The translations under genes and the position numbers were made by a program. A stretch of DNA of 36,250 nucleotides from IMG/VR virus record IMGVR_UViG_3300005611_000090, positions 1 through 36,250 of that record. One strand, given 5' to 3'. Position 1 is the first letter of the stretch. Each line of letters opens with the position of its first letter. Source of the DNA: a virus (taxonomy: Duplodnaviria; Caudoviricetes). The notes under the pieces are model-generated. The model did no database searches. It had not been told where the DNA came from and saw nothing but the letters and a program-made list of their open reading frames with translations. Below, piece after piece: positions 1-9,262 of this stretch.

Positions 1-131
1 CGTTTATCTTTAGTTGCTGATAAAATAGTAGTGACACTTGGAACTTTAGCTTCTCCAACAAGATACTTTCTACCTGTTGTATCTGAAAATCTATTGTAAT
101 GTGTGTAGGGATATTTTCTAATTAGTTTCAT
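1..131 (-). CDS. Phage exonuclease, PD-(D/E)XK-like, N-terminal part only (runs off window)
   Basis: Hand translation from ATG at 131: MKLIRKYPYTHYNRFSDTTGRKYLVGEAKVPSVTTILSATKDK. The GRxY...PSVTTIL motif is typical of the N-terminus of phage PD-(D/E)XK exonucleases. Catalytic part is not in the window. Confidence 0.65.
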   Translation of the reverse strand, partial: MKLIRKYPYTHYNRFSDTTGRKYLVGEAKVPSVTTILSATKDK

Positions 132-288
132 CTTTATTTTTTACAAATGAAACATCTACTTCTTTAGTGGTTGGTTGTTCTTTTTCTTTCTCGACAGCAT
201 CGAGGATAGCTTGTTCTAGCGGGCCAATAGGTTTTCCCGCATCTTTGTCTGCTTTAATTAAATCGTAAACACCTTTTATAGTAGCCAT
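118..288 (-). CDS. Small hypothetical protein (56 aa), not in supplied track
   Basis: MATIKGVYDLIKADKDAGKPIGPLEQAILDAVEKEKEQPTTKEVDVSFVKNKDETN*. The ATG overlaps the TAA of 288..2024 (TAATG) and the ORF fills the gap to the exonuclease. Confidence 0.7.
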   Translation of the reverse strand: MATIKGVYDLIKADKDAGKPIGPLEQAILDAVEKEKEQPTTKEVDVSFVKNKDETN

Positions 289-2024
289 TAGTAATCTTTT
301 CCTTTCTTATATACTTTTGTGTTATAGAATTTTACATTAGGTTTGTCTAGCATTTTTAATCCACTTTGTTCACTAATATTTAATATATTGTTTTGTATTA
401 TTTTAATTCTTTCTTTGGCTTTTTCATTTGATAAGTCAGAAAATTCTGGAATATTTAATTGTCTTAATCCTGTAAATGTTTTACCTACTACATCTGCACC
501 CTTTAATTTATTCAAAATTTTACCGGGATCTGCTCTTTCACCACTGATTTCATAAAAAGCTTCATTGGGTAATCTTAGTTCTTGGTTTTTTAAGTTATCT
601 CCAAATCCTCTTACATCAAATTGTTCAGTTCCAAAACCTCCCCTACCAAAATCTTCCTCTCCAGGTATTGCTAGACTAATTATTAATGAATCATATTTAT
701 CTCTATTTTGATTATATTCATCTGTAATTTTTTTAATTTGTGTTGTATTAGGTTTGCCTGCAAGTTCCGCATATAATCTATTTGCATTTCCGGTAACTCT
801 TACCCCACCAGTTCTTAACATCCAATCATACATCGGGCCAAAGTCTACACCGTTGTATCCTTCTTTAGTTAAAAAACCTACTCTTCTGTGTTCGGTATCT
901 CTAAAGTTTCCACCTCTCATACTGAAATTCAACATCTTACCGTCAGGCATAATAAATCCTGCTTTACCAATATCCTCTGTTGTTCCAAATCTTTTTAAAG
1001 TTTTTTCAATTAATTCTAAATCTTTTTCAGTCTGTGGTAGATATATAGATGCTCCTGAACTATCTAAGTTTTTAACTTTAAATGTAAAACCATCTACTGT
1101 TGCAGTTTCAGATAATAAGTTTGCAAAATTTAATGCATCTTGCATTTTTAAATTTGATCCAAAATCTAATTCAAACCCCACATTAGCACCTTCAAAATCA
1201 CTAGGGACACTTTCAGCTACAAATGCTGCATCTTGATCAAACGCTTTTGCTCTTTGTTTTACTACATCGCCAAATTTATCTAAATTAAAATCTGGTTTTA
1301 CGTTTGCTTCAATATCTAAACTTCTTTCCACCATATCTCCATAAGCACCAACAGTGTCGCCAATTTTATAATTAACCACTTGATCATCTTCTTCAAAGAA
1401 TTTCTTAATAGGTATTGCTAATTTACTTTGTTCTAATATTCCTGGAACAGTATCTTTTTGCGCAGATACTCCTGCAGTGATATCTTTTATTTGTTTACCA
1501 CCCTCAATAGCTTTAGTTCCAATAAGAGCTGTCTCTTCATCTTTTTGTTTTTCATATATAATTGGTTTAGTTTCCGTTGTCGCTGGAAACTCTTCTTTGG
1601 TTTCTATGTCTACTTCGGGTTGAACCGGTGGCTCTGGTTTTTGTTGCGGTTCTGCTGGAAATGTTTCAGTTGTTATGGGTTTAATAGGTGTTGAAGTTAT
1701 TGGGGGTTTAGTAACTTGTTTTATTTCTTCTTGTACCTTCTCTATATCACCTATTTTAGGCCCAAATACTTGACCCGATCCTGTAAGTTCTGGTGCAGAT
1801 TTAGATATTAAATCTTCTTTAACCTGTGTGCCTACAGCTTGAGACGGCAATAATAATGCCCGTAACATTTTTAATTGTGGTGTGTCCATATCTTCCGGAC
1901 TACTCTTTAACTGTTTTATGTAAGGTTGTAAATCTTTTTGTGCTTTATATCCAACAGCACCACCTACACCGATAGTTGCTATTGTTTGTAGTAAGGCAGG
2001 TAAACCTAAAAGAGGAGCAGGCAT
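288..2024 (-). CDS. Multidomain hypothetical protein (578 aa), possibly virion-delivered or polyvalent-protein-like
   Basis: Hydrophobic Gly-rich N-terminus, Pro/Glu/Thr-rich linker, then globular regions including GFIMPDGKMLNFS...DTEHR. Lies just after the internal virion gene block. Confidence 0.5.
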   Translation of the reverse strand: MPAPLLGLPALLQTIATIGVGGAVGYKAQKDLQPYIKQLKSSPEDMDTPQLKMLRALLLPSQAVGTQVKEDLISKSAPELTGSGQVFGPKIGDIEKVQEEIKQVTKPPITSTPIKPITTETFPAEPQQKPEPPVQPEVDIETKEEFPATTETKPIIYEKQKDEETALIGTKAIEGGKQIKDITAGVSAQKDTVPGILEQSKLAIPIKKFFEEDDQVVNYKIGDTVGAYGDMVERSLDIEANVKPDFNLDKFGDVVKQRAKAFDQDAAFVAESVPSDFEGANVGFELDFGSNLKMQDALNFANLLSETATVDGFTFKVKNLDSSGASIYLPQTEKDLELIEKTLKRFGTTEDIGKAGFIMPDGKMLNFSMRGGNFRDTEHRRVGFLTKEGYNGVDFGPMYDWMLRTGGVRVTGNANRLYAELAGKPNTTQIKKITDEYNQNRDKYDSLIISLAIPGEEDFGRGGFGTEQFDVRGFGDNLKNQELRLPNEAFYEISGERADPGKILNKLKGADVVGKTFTGLRQLNIPEFSDLSNEKAKERIKIIQNNILNISEQSGLKMLDKPNVKFYNTKVYKKGKDY

Positions 2025-2025
2025 A

Positions 2026-2217
2026 TCATATCCTTGTCACAAGTTCAAAAATGATATAACCCATACCGGCTAGTAATCCTCCGGCACATCCTATTAATAT
2101 TCTTTCTATTCTAGAAACTGATTGTTCTATCTTTTCCATTCTATCGTGAGTTTGTTTTTGCATGATACGGCATAACTTCTCGTGTGAATCGATTCGTTGC
2201 ATTGCCGTCTTAGTCAT
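2026..2217 (-). CDS. Small coiled-coil protein with C-terminal transmembrane helix (XhlA/holin-like architecture)
   Basis: 63 aa. Heptad-like charged N-terminus then hydrophobic ILIGCAGGLLAGMGYIIFELV. TAATG coupling to the upstream gene. Confidence 0.55.
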   Translation of the reverse strand: MTKTAMQRIDSHEKLCRIMQKQTHDRMEKIEQSVSRIERILIGCAGGLLAGMGYIIFELVTRI

Positions 2218-5200
2218 TATGCCATTCCTCTCTTAGCTATAGCTTCACCTAAAACATCTTGTGGAAATAAAGATCCATACTCTTGTCTTGATGCAACACT
2301 AGCGATCCCTTGTCCGGTAGCCGGTGGTGTTGGGCCAGGTGCCGCTGTAGTTGAACCTAGGTTCAATGGTAATGTAGGTGCCTCTAGTTTAGCTAATTCA
2401 GTTTGATCATCTCCCTCTTTAATATCTGTAACTGCTTCAGATACTTTTTGTTTATCTACAAAATCAATCATAGTTGGTGAATATTCATCGTCTTCAAAGA
2501 ATTGTTGATCAAAAATATAATAACCAAACAATCTAGATATGGTTTGTTTTGCTAAAGGAGATGTAGATTTTACATCTTTTAGTTTTAATAATTCTTTAAG
2601 TTGATTTGGATTAGTAATAATTTCTGTTAATTGTTTGTCTATATCCGCTCTTACAATTTTTTTCAACGCAGTAAATGTTCTACCTGCAACTGTAAACTGT
2701 CCAAGTCTCGCTCTAATTATATCATTTAATGCAGTCTCAGCTTTACCAATTGTTTTTTGTGTAGACTTTCTAGTAGTAATTTCTAGAGCATCTCTAAACA
2801 TATCTAAGTCTTTTACGTACTGAGGATTGTCTGCAAATGTTTTTGTTAATAGTTGTCTATTATTTTTCATGTAATTTGCAAATTTATCAAATACAAATTT
2901 ACCTCTGTTGTCGGTAGATTTAAACATTAAATCATTCTTAGCAACAGTTTGAAAAGCGTTAAGTAAATCTTTATCTTCTTTAATGATTGAAATCACTTTA
3001 TTTAAAGTTGTAGGTGCTTTGTTGTTATATACATAATCAAATATTTTATCAGGATCTAAATTTTCTAACTTACCTTTGGTAGTTGTTCCAAGTTGTTTCA
3101 TTAAATCATTTCTTTTAGCTGCAGTTGCTTCAACTTTTTTAGCAAGTGCACCTACTTTATTTATTTCTTTATATCCATTTTTACCAAAGAATGTTTCTAA
3201 TGCGTATTTGTAATCATTTAAAAATTTTTGATGAGCAATTAAATTTATTTTACCCGAGTTGTTTGGATCGACTTTATTTTTATAAGATTGTAAAATAGAT
3301 TCTTTATAGTTTTGAATATATTCTGGTTTTCTTTTTAGAATTTCATAGATTTGGTCTACTCTTCTTTCTTGGCCCATTCCTTTTTTAAAGGTTTGATTGA
3401 ATACGTCTTCATCAGCTATTTTTAACACACCATCTTTGGTTGATATTAAATCTGCAACAATACCTTTATATAATTGTTTATTTGCAGCATACTCTTTATC
3501 TAGTTTATTAAACTCTCTATACCAAACATCCGTTTCGCCTAAATCTTTTTTTAGTTGCTCTTTAATAGATCCTATTAATTTAGATACTGCTCCTTCAACA
3601 GGTTGTCCTTCTACTGGAATTGTACCTTTAGATAATTGTCTATCGAACCTTCTTAAATCACTTAACGTATTTTTAAGTGCATTGACTGAAACAGTTTTTG
3701 TTTTTGGTGTTTCAAAAAAAGTTTTAATGTTAGGGTATTTTTTAAATAAAGTTTCTTTTTGTCTTTTATTTAATGTGTTTACAGCATTTTTAATTACATC
3801 TGTATTTACTTTTCTTCCCTTACCAGTTTCAAATAATGCTGTATATTTCTGATTGTATAGTGAATCAAAATCATCGTATAGAGTATCAATTACACTTCTA
3901 ATCGTTTGTCCAATTTCTTTTTGGCTACCATCTGGTAGTTTAATTAAAGCGTTTGTAAGATCTGTTTCTGCGTTTTCTAAAGCATTAGTTAAAACTTTTT
4001 GTCTAGGATTTAATCTTTCAATAATTTTATTTTGTACCATTTTGCCTAATTGATCCGCAGTTATTGGATCCTTTCCAGACAAACCTTTATAATTATAAGG
4101 ATCACTTGCTAATAAAAAAAATGTATCTAAAGCTTCAGCTTGTTCTTTATTAAAAGTATCAAAAGTCCCTTTAACACCATACTTAGGGTTTTGTTCGTAA
4201 GCATTTTGTAATGCAAGTAATTCTGGATCATCACCTGCTTGACCTAAAGTAAATTTTAATTTTTTCTTTGTGCCTAATTGAATTAATCTGTCATTAATTT
4301 TTGTAAGTAGTTTATCTGCTTGTTCTGCATTTTTAATTGTACCACCAAATTCTGAAGCGTTAATCTTACCTGTGTTCTTTAAACTTTTTACCATTCTGTA
4401 CAATTTTGGAATAGTAAATCCCGCAGTGGTTAAAGTTGCGTTGATAGCGGCCATGTCTCTACCTTCTTTTTTAAGATAGTCCATGAAACCTTCTTCAGTT
4501 TTATTTACTCCGTATAAAGCGTGACCTATAGCAAGTCTTGCTGTTTCTAATGCAGCACTTGATACTGCGGAAGTTATCACAGCACCCGTTGGCCCTGTTG
4601 CTCCTGTAGCAAATACAGTTGCAACCACTTCTGGTATAACAAATGCACCAGTAGTTCCAAATCTTGCAATATCTCCTGCATCTAAACCTGCTTTATTTAA
4701 TAATTCGTATTCACCTGACTGTGGGTTTAAAAATTCTAATACTTCTGTTTCTGGGCCAAATCTTATTGGAACATCTTGGCCAAAGTAATCTGACAAAACT
4801 GTTTTTGCTGCTAATGCTTTTTGTTCATCATCTCTTGCTAATGCTTGTGCAAACCCAACCTCTGCTAATCCTACATCAGTATCGGGATTAACACCTCTCA
4901 TTTCAGCTATTTGTTTAACGGTATACTCTGGTTCATCTAGGGCAATACCTGATAATAGATAACCAATTTCTTGTGCTGCATCTCTTTCTTGTGGTGCAAA
5001 GGTATTTACAAAATCTTTAAATCTTACAGTACCTTTCCCTTGTAACTCTTCATAAGCTTTATTGATTAAATCAGTATCGTTTGCATCTTTTTGATCAGTT
5101 GCAAATCTATAATTTTCTATATTCGAATATTTTCCATCAGGGTTAAATGATTTATAAAAAGAATAATAATCTACATCTGCTTTACCTTGTATTTTTTTGT

Positions 5201-5321
5201 AGATAGCATCAGTTAACATTTCATCAGTAATAATTTTACCAACTTGTTCTTCTTTAGCCGCAAGTTCCTTTGCATATTTTTGTCTATATTCATCTATGTT
5301 TTTTACTGAAAGTATAGCCAT
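2217..5321 (-). CDS. Large putative internal virion / DNA ejection protein (1034 aa)
   Basis: Largest ORF, predominantly helical and Lys-rich, with a hydrophobic Gly/Ala stretch near aa 220-265. Last of a small-medium-large series after the tail genes, as for podovirus ejection proteins. Confidence 0.6.
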   Translation of the reverse strand: MAILSVKNIDEYRQKYAKELAAKEEQVGKIITDEMLTDAIYKKIQGKADVDYYSFYKSFNPDGKYSNIENYRFATDQKDANDTDLINKAYEELQGKGTVRFKDFVNTFAPQERDAAQEIGYLLSGIALDEPEYTVKQIAEMRGVNPDTDVGLAEVGFAQALARDDEQKALAAKTVLSDYFGQDVPIRFGPETEVLEFLNPQSGEYELLNKAGLDAGDIARFGTTGAFVIPEVVATVFATGATGPTGAVITSAVSSAALETARLAIGHALYGVNKTEEGFMDYLKKEGRDMAAINATLTTAGFTIPKLYRMVKSLKNTGKINASEFGGTIKNAEQADKLLTKINDRLIQLGTKKKLKFTLGQAGDDPELLALQNAYEQNPKYGVKGTFDTFNKEQAEALDTFFLLASDPYNYKGLSGKDPITADQLGKMVQNKIIERLNPRQKVLTNALENAETDLTNALIKLPDGSQKEIGQTIRSVIDTLYDDFDSLYNQKYTALFETGKGRKVNTDVIKNAVNTLNKRQKETLFKKYPNIKTFFETPKTKTVSVNALKNTLSDLRRFDRQLSKGTIPVEGQPVEGAVSKLIGSIKEQLKKDLGETDVWYREFNKLDKEYAANKQLYKGIVADLISTKDGVLKIADEDVFNQTFKKGMGQERRVDQIYEILKRKPEYIQNYKESILQSYKNKVDPNNSGKINLIAHQKFLNDYKYALETFFGKNGYKEINKVGALAKKVEATAAKRNDLMKQLGTTTKGKLENLDPDKIFDYVYNNKAPTTLNKVISIIKEDKDLLNAFQTVAKNDLMFKSTDNRGKFVFDKFANYMKNNRQLLTKTFADNPQYVKDLDMFRDALEITTRKSTQKTIGKAETALNDIIRARLGQFTVAGRTFTALKKIVRADIDKQLTEIITNPNQLKELLKLKDVKSTSPLAKQTISRLFGYYIFDQQFFEDDEYSPTMIDFVDKQKVSEAVTDIKEGDDQTELAKLEAPTLPLNLGSTTAAPGPTPPATGQGIASVASRQEYGSLFPQDVLGEAIAKRGMA

Positions 5322-5329
5322 AGTAACTC

Positions 5330-6655
5330 CTAAAAATCTAAATCATCCGGGCTGTCAGTGTCTCCTTCTAAAGGCACCCCTGAGAAATATGAATAATTTT
5401 CTACAATTGATTTATATTTATTTGGTATTTGATCTCTTGTTATATCGTAAACTGTTTCGTACTCGAATAATGCATTGTCTGTAATTTGTTGACCAATTCT
5501 TTTTAGACCTGCTAAGAAAGTAGCTTTGTTAGAACTTTCTCCAACAGATTCTAATGCTAATTCAATATCAGGTACACTGAATCTTCCACCTGGTTCTCTA
5601 GCTTTTGCTATAGAATATGCTAAATCAATTACAGAAGTTTTAGCTGCTTGACTTTCTGGTGCATTTAAAAATCTTGTAATTCTAGCATTGTAATTAGGAT
5701 TTTCTGGATCTGTTAATTGTCTTATTGCATCGTCTACTTGTCTCTTCTCGTCTCTGTATTTTACAGGGTCTTGTTCTCTTTGTTTACTTACAAATGAATC
5801 TATGAAACCTGTTAATCCTGTAATTGATAAAACTGTATCACCTGCAGCTCCTGTAAACGCCCCTCTTTTAACAATATCTTTTTCAAGTTCTCTAATAATT
5901 ACCGCAACATTTCTTGCTGCAATCATAGTTGCATCTGCATCACTTCTTTGTTTTTTAGCTCTCTGTGCATCACCCATTTTCAACATCATTTCAATATTAC
6001 CTTCTACAGGAATATATGAATCAGGGTTTTCTATTACTTGTTTTTTTGTAACAAATTTTGGTGTATCAGATTGAACACCACCTATTACTTCATAAGCTTT
6101 AACTAATGAATCTGATTTACCCACAGGTACATACCTTGGAGAACCATCTTCTAATTTAGTAGTTAGTATTTGATTAGGATCTACAAAAACTTCTGTTTGT
6201 TCAACGGTATCCCAAACTGATTTAGGTTGTCTTGTTGCATCATCTACAGTTGGGACATATCTTGGTTGATCTGGTTTAGTTTCCGACATCACTGTTTGAA
6301 TTTCTTCTTCAGGTTTAAATATTATATTTCCTGTATCTTGGTCTAAAACTTTTTTTGATGATGCAAATTTTGCAGTCTGTGCTGCTTTTTCTCTTTGTTC
6401 TATTTCTCTAATAGCTAATTGTGTTTGTGGTAATGTTTGTATACCTTTACCAAAAGCTCTAGCTAACGCACCAAGCTCTCCTTCACCAGGCATCTTTCTT
6501 GCTTGTAATAATGCAGAAGTAATTGGAGTAAGTAGTAAATTTCTTTTTTCTACTTTTGAAAAACCTCCAACGTTAAATTTTTTAACGTCTAGTTTTTTTT
6601 CTGATTTTTTTAGGTAAGCGTTCCTAAATAGAGGTCTTAATAAAACCTTATTCAT
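5330..6655 (-). CDS. Putative internal virion / ejection protein (441 aa)
   Basis: Position in the ejection-protein series. N-terminal LLRPLFR and KKFNVGG motifs. Internal imperfect repeats (PRYVP twice, SYIP). Confidence 0.55.
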   Translation of the reverse strand: MNKVLLRPLFRNAYLKKSEKKLDVKKFNVGGFSKVEKRNLLLTPITSALLQARKMPGEGELGALARAFGKGIQTLPQTQLAIREIEQREKAAQTAKFASSKKVLDQDTGNIIFKPEEEIQTVMSETKPDQPRYVPTVDDATRQPKSVWDTVEQTEVFVDPNQILTTKLEDGSPRYVPVGKSDSLVKAYEVIGGVQSDTPKFVTKKQVIENPDSYIPVEGNIEMMLKMGDAQRAKKQRSDADATMIAARNVAVIIRELEKDIVKRGAFTGAAGDTVLSITGLTGFIDSFVSKQREQDPVKYRDEKRQVDDAIRQLTDPENPNYNARITRFLNAPESQAAKTSVIDLAYSIAKAREPGGRFSVPDIELALESVGESSNKATFLAGLKRIGQQITDNALFEYETVYDITRDQIPNKYKSIVENYSYFSGVPLEGDTDSPDDLDF

Positions 6656-7783
6656 TTAAGCCCCCATGCCTGAAAATGCTTGAAAAGCTCCTAAACCTGT
6701 ACCGATTGATTGTGCTAATGGCGCTGCTTGTGGAGCAGTTGCCATTTCAATTTGTGATTGTGACTTAGGCCCTGCAGCATATATATTAGATAAGAAACCA
6801 ACTCTTTGGTATGGTTCATATGCTTGTTGTAACTGCGTTGCTCTTTGAGCTTCTAAAGCTTGTTGTGCTAATTGTCTTTGTAAACCACCAGCACCCATTA
6901 ATTGAGATATGTCAGCTTGTGCTTGTTGCTGTTGTTGTAAACCTAATTGTCCTAATTGTTGTCCAGCAGCTAACCCCGTTTGAGCTGCTAATTGTCCTCC
7001 AGATAATCCTAGTTGTCCTGCTTGTAATCCTGTTTGAGCACCTAACTGCGCTCCAGATAATCCTAGTTGTCCTGCACCTAAACCGAGTTGCCCTGCTTGT
7101 AATCCTGTTTGTGTTGCTAATTGTTGTTGTCTTTGAGCAGCACCTAATGCTGTTTGGAAACCTGCAGCTTGAAGTTGACCTATCTGACCAAGTCTTGCTC
7201 TTTCTTGTTCAGCTGCTTGTATTCCCTGTCTTCCTCCACCAAATGCACCAGAACCTACAGCTTGTGCTGCTAATCTATTTTGCTCCATTTGTGATTGTCT
7301 ATTTATTTCATCAATTACATATTGTTGATATGGATTTAAAAATTGATTTATATTTGGGCCTGCTGCTGCAGTTCTCATAGCACCTGCACCATACAAACTA
7401 GCAAGTTGTCCTGCTTGTCCTGCTTGTTGTTGACCTAAACCCGCTGCACCCACTGCCCCTGTTCCATATTGACCAGCAAGTTGTTGTGCGGTCGTAGCTG
7501 CAGTTGGAGCACCTAAAACAGATTGAATACCTTGTCCAACTGTACCTGCCCCAATTCCAGTTTGTCCGGCAGCCGTTATCCCTTGTTGTTCTAACGCTGA
7601 CAATGGTGCTACTTGTACAGAAGGGATAGAAACAGGTTTTTGTGCAACCTGTCTTGCAATATCCATTAATTCAATTTTTCTTTCCTCTATACCTGGTGCT
7701 TCTCTAACGACACTTGTTTGTGATGCAGGAACTGAAGGTTGTGAGCCTCCGCCACCGCCAAATAAATTACTTACAAAACTCAT
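6656..7783 (-). CDS. Gly/Gln/Ala-rich putative DNA pilot / ejection protein (375 aa)
   Basis: Low-complexity G/Q/A sequence with FLNPYQQYV and GAFGGGRQG motifs and repeated GLxAGQLGL units, typical of podovirus ejection proteins. Confidence 0.6.
   Translation of the reverse strand: MSFVSNLFGGGGGSQPSVPASQTSVVREAPGIEERKIELMDIARQVAQKPVSIPSVQVAPLSALEQQGITAAGQTGIGAGTVGQGIQSVLGAPTAATTAQQLAGQYGTGAVGAAGLGQQQAGQAGQLASLYGAGAMRTAAAGPNINQFLNPYQQYVIDEINRQSQMEQNRLAAQAVGSGAFGGGRQGIQAAEQERARLGQIGQLQAAGFQTALGAAQRQQQLATQTGLQAGQLGLGAGQLGLSGAQLGAQTGLQAGQLGLSGGQLAAQTGLAAGQQLGQLGLQQQQQAQADISQLMGAGGLQRQLAQQALEAQRATQLQQAYEPYQRVGFLSNIYAAGPKSQSQIEMATAPQAAPLAQSIGTGLGAFQAFSGMGA
6997..7075. repeat. Exact 25-bp direct repeat, period 54 nt, inside the Gly/Gln-rich gene
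   Basis: ctccagataatcctagttgtcctgc at 6997-7021 and 7051-7075. A second unit cctgcttgtaatcctgttt occurs at 7017-7035 and 7092-7110. Confidence 0.85.
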
Positions 7784-8244
7784 TTATCTAACCATTTCTC
7801 CAATTGTACATGTTTTTTTTGCCATCCCCATTTTTTAGAAACTTTCTCCCAACCGGGTCTAGCCCAAATACATAAACGTTTGCAACCATTGGCTTTTGCA
7901 AATTTTGTTATTGTATCAACAAATTGATCTTCCCATAAGTCCCTTCTTTTACCAGTACATATTACAATCTCCAATTGTGAGTAATTAGGCATTTCAGATA
8001 TTCTAGTAATCCCTATACCAAAAACTTTATTCTCTTCATTTTCATCAGATCCAAACATAATCCAGCATTGCATCATATCCTTCAAAAGATAATCATACAC
8101 ATGTTTACTGTCTGCATATTTACCAGAATAGTTTAACGCTTCAGTAACCATAAATTCTGCTAAAGGCCAAAATTTTTCTACGTGTTTTGGCTCAACAGTA
8201 ATTACATTTACTAATGGTTTAATTTTCTTTTTTGTTTGTTTCAT
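7780..8244 (-). CDS. GNAT-fold-like virion assembly protein (positional analogue of T7 gp13 / P22 gp14)
   Basis: 154 aa. C-terminal FAKANGCKRLCIWARPGWEKV matches the GNAT-like pattern. Sits immediately before the ejection genes. Confidence 0.55.
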   Translation of the reverse strand: MKQTKKKIKPLVNVITVEPKHVEKFWPLAEFMVTEALNYSGKYADSKHVYDYLLKDMMQCWIMFGSDENEENKVFGIGITRISEMPNYSQLEIVICTGKRRDLWEDQFVDTITKFAKANGCKRLCIWARPGWEKVSKKWGWQKKHVQLEKWLDK

Positions 8245-9196
8245 TTTTATCCTTAATTAAATCAAACACTCTTTTGTATTTTGCTTGTTGTTCGTAAAAA
8301 TATTTAGCACCCTTTTCTCTCATGTCTTTCATGCTGTTTGGATTTGCACCCGCAATTATTCCAGCACCTAAAACACCATCAGCACGGGTAACAAATTCAC
8401 CATCAGCTAATTGAGCTAACATTGTGTCTTCGTCTTTATCTCCATTGCCTGAACCATCTTCAACATAACCAGATGCTCTTACATAATTGTTTGCATCATT
8501 TTCATCATGAGATACTTTTGAAGGCAAATAATTTATACCTCCTTCATTAAATTTTTTAATTTCAGCTAGGCCGCCTGTATTAAATCTGTTTCTTGAAATT
8601 GCATAAGGCCCTAATCTTTCTGTTTCCTTAACATTAGCTTCAGGAATATATACATCTTCATAAGTTTTTTCCTGCCCTGTTTCAGGATCAATGTATTTAA
8701 AATCAGGTCTTTGTTCAGCTAATTCTGCATATCCAACATTGTATGTTGGTTGAAATAAATCTACTGGTTTTTGTTCGAAAGCTCCAGATAGATATGCTAA
8801 TCCTCCTGCACCAATAGCCGCTTTAGTTGGGTCAAGTTCAAACTCTCCCGTAAAATCACCATCTTCATATCTTTTTCTCATTAATAATCTTTGTAAGAAA
8901 TTTCTTTGATCATCTTCATTATTTACTTTTCTAGCATCTCTAGCTGTTGGTAAATATTGAGATAGTGCTTGTCCTGTAGATGTTTGAAGAAAAGGAGTAA
9001 ATTTATCTTGTGCAGTTGCGAACCCAGGTATGCCTAATTGTTGACCTCCAGCCAATACACCTTTACCACCGTAGTATCCTGCAGTGGCTCCTGTAATAGC
9101 ACCTAAAATTCTATTAAGTCCTCCCGCATCTTTATTAGCTCTATAACCCTTGTATCCTCCATAGGCAGCTAGGGCATAAGGTAAAAATTGTAACAT
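8219..9196 (-). CDS. Putative internal virion protein (325 aa)
   Basis: Gly/Ala-rich hydrophobic N-terminus. C-terminal GxVxxGxGxGxxxxDTxxAxLADGEFVxRAxxV motif seen in phage virion and tape-measure-type proteins. Preceded by an AAGGAG SD. Confidence 0.55.
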   Translation of the reverse strand: MLQFLPYALAAYGGYKGYRANKDAGGLNRILGAITGATAGYYGGKGVLAGGQQLGIPGFATAQDKFTPFLQTSTGQALSQYLPTARDARKVNNEDDQRNFLQRLLMRKRYEDGDFTGEFELDPTKAAIGAGGLAYLSGAFEQKPVDLFQPTYNVGYAELAEQRPDFKYIDPETGQEKTYEDVYIPEANVKETERLGPYAISRNRFNTGGLAEIKKFNEGGINYLPSKVSHDENDANNYVRASGYVEDGSGNGDKDEDTMLAQLADGEFVTRADGVLGAGIIAGANPNSMKDMREKGAKYFYEQQAKYKRVFDLIKDKNETNKKEN

Positions 9197-9211
9197 CTAG
9201 TATATTTCTCC

Positions 9212-9262
9212 TTTAAAGATCTTTAAATATAAAATATTACCATTTTACTTAGGTAATATCAA
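9212..9262 (-). promoter_or_regulatory. Sigma70-like promoter (TTGATA-17-TAATAT, extended -10 TG) with a perfect 16-bp palindrome at the predicted start site
   Basis: Minus strand: TTGATA (9262-9257), 17 nt, TAATAT (9239-9234), then TTTAAAGATCTTTAAA (9227-9212) running into the AAGGAG SD of 8219..9196. Confidence 0.6.
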
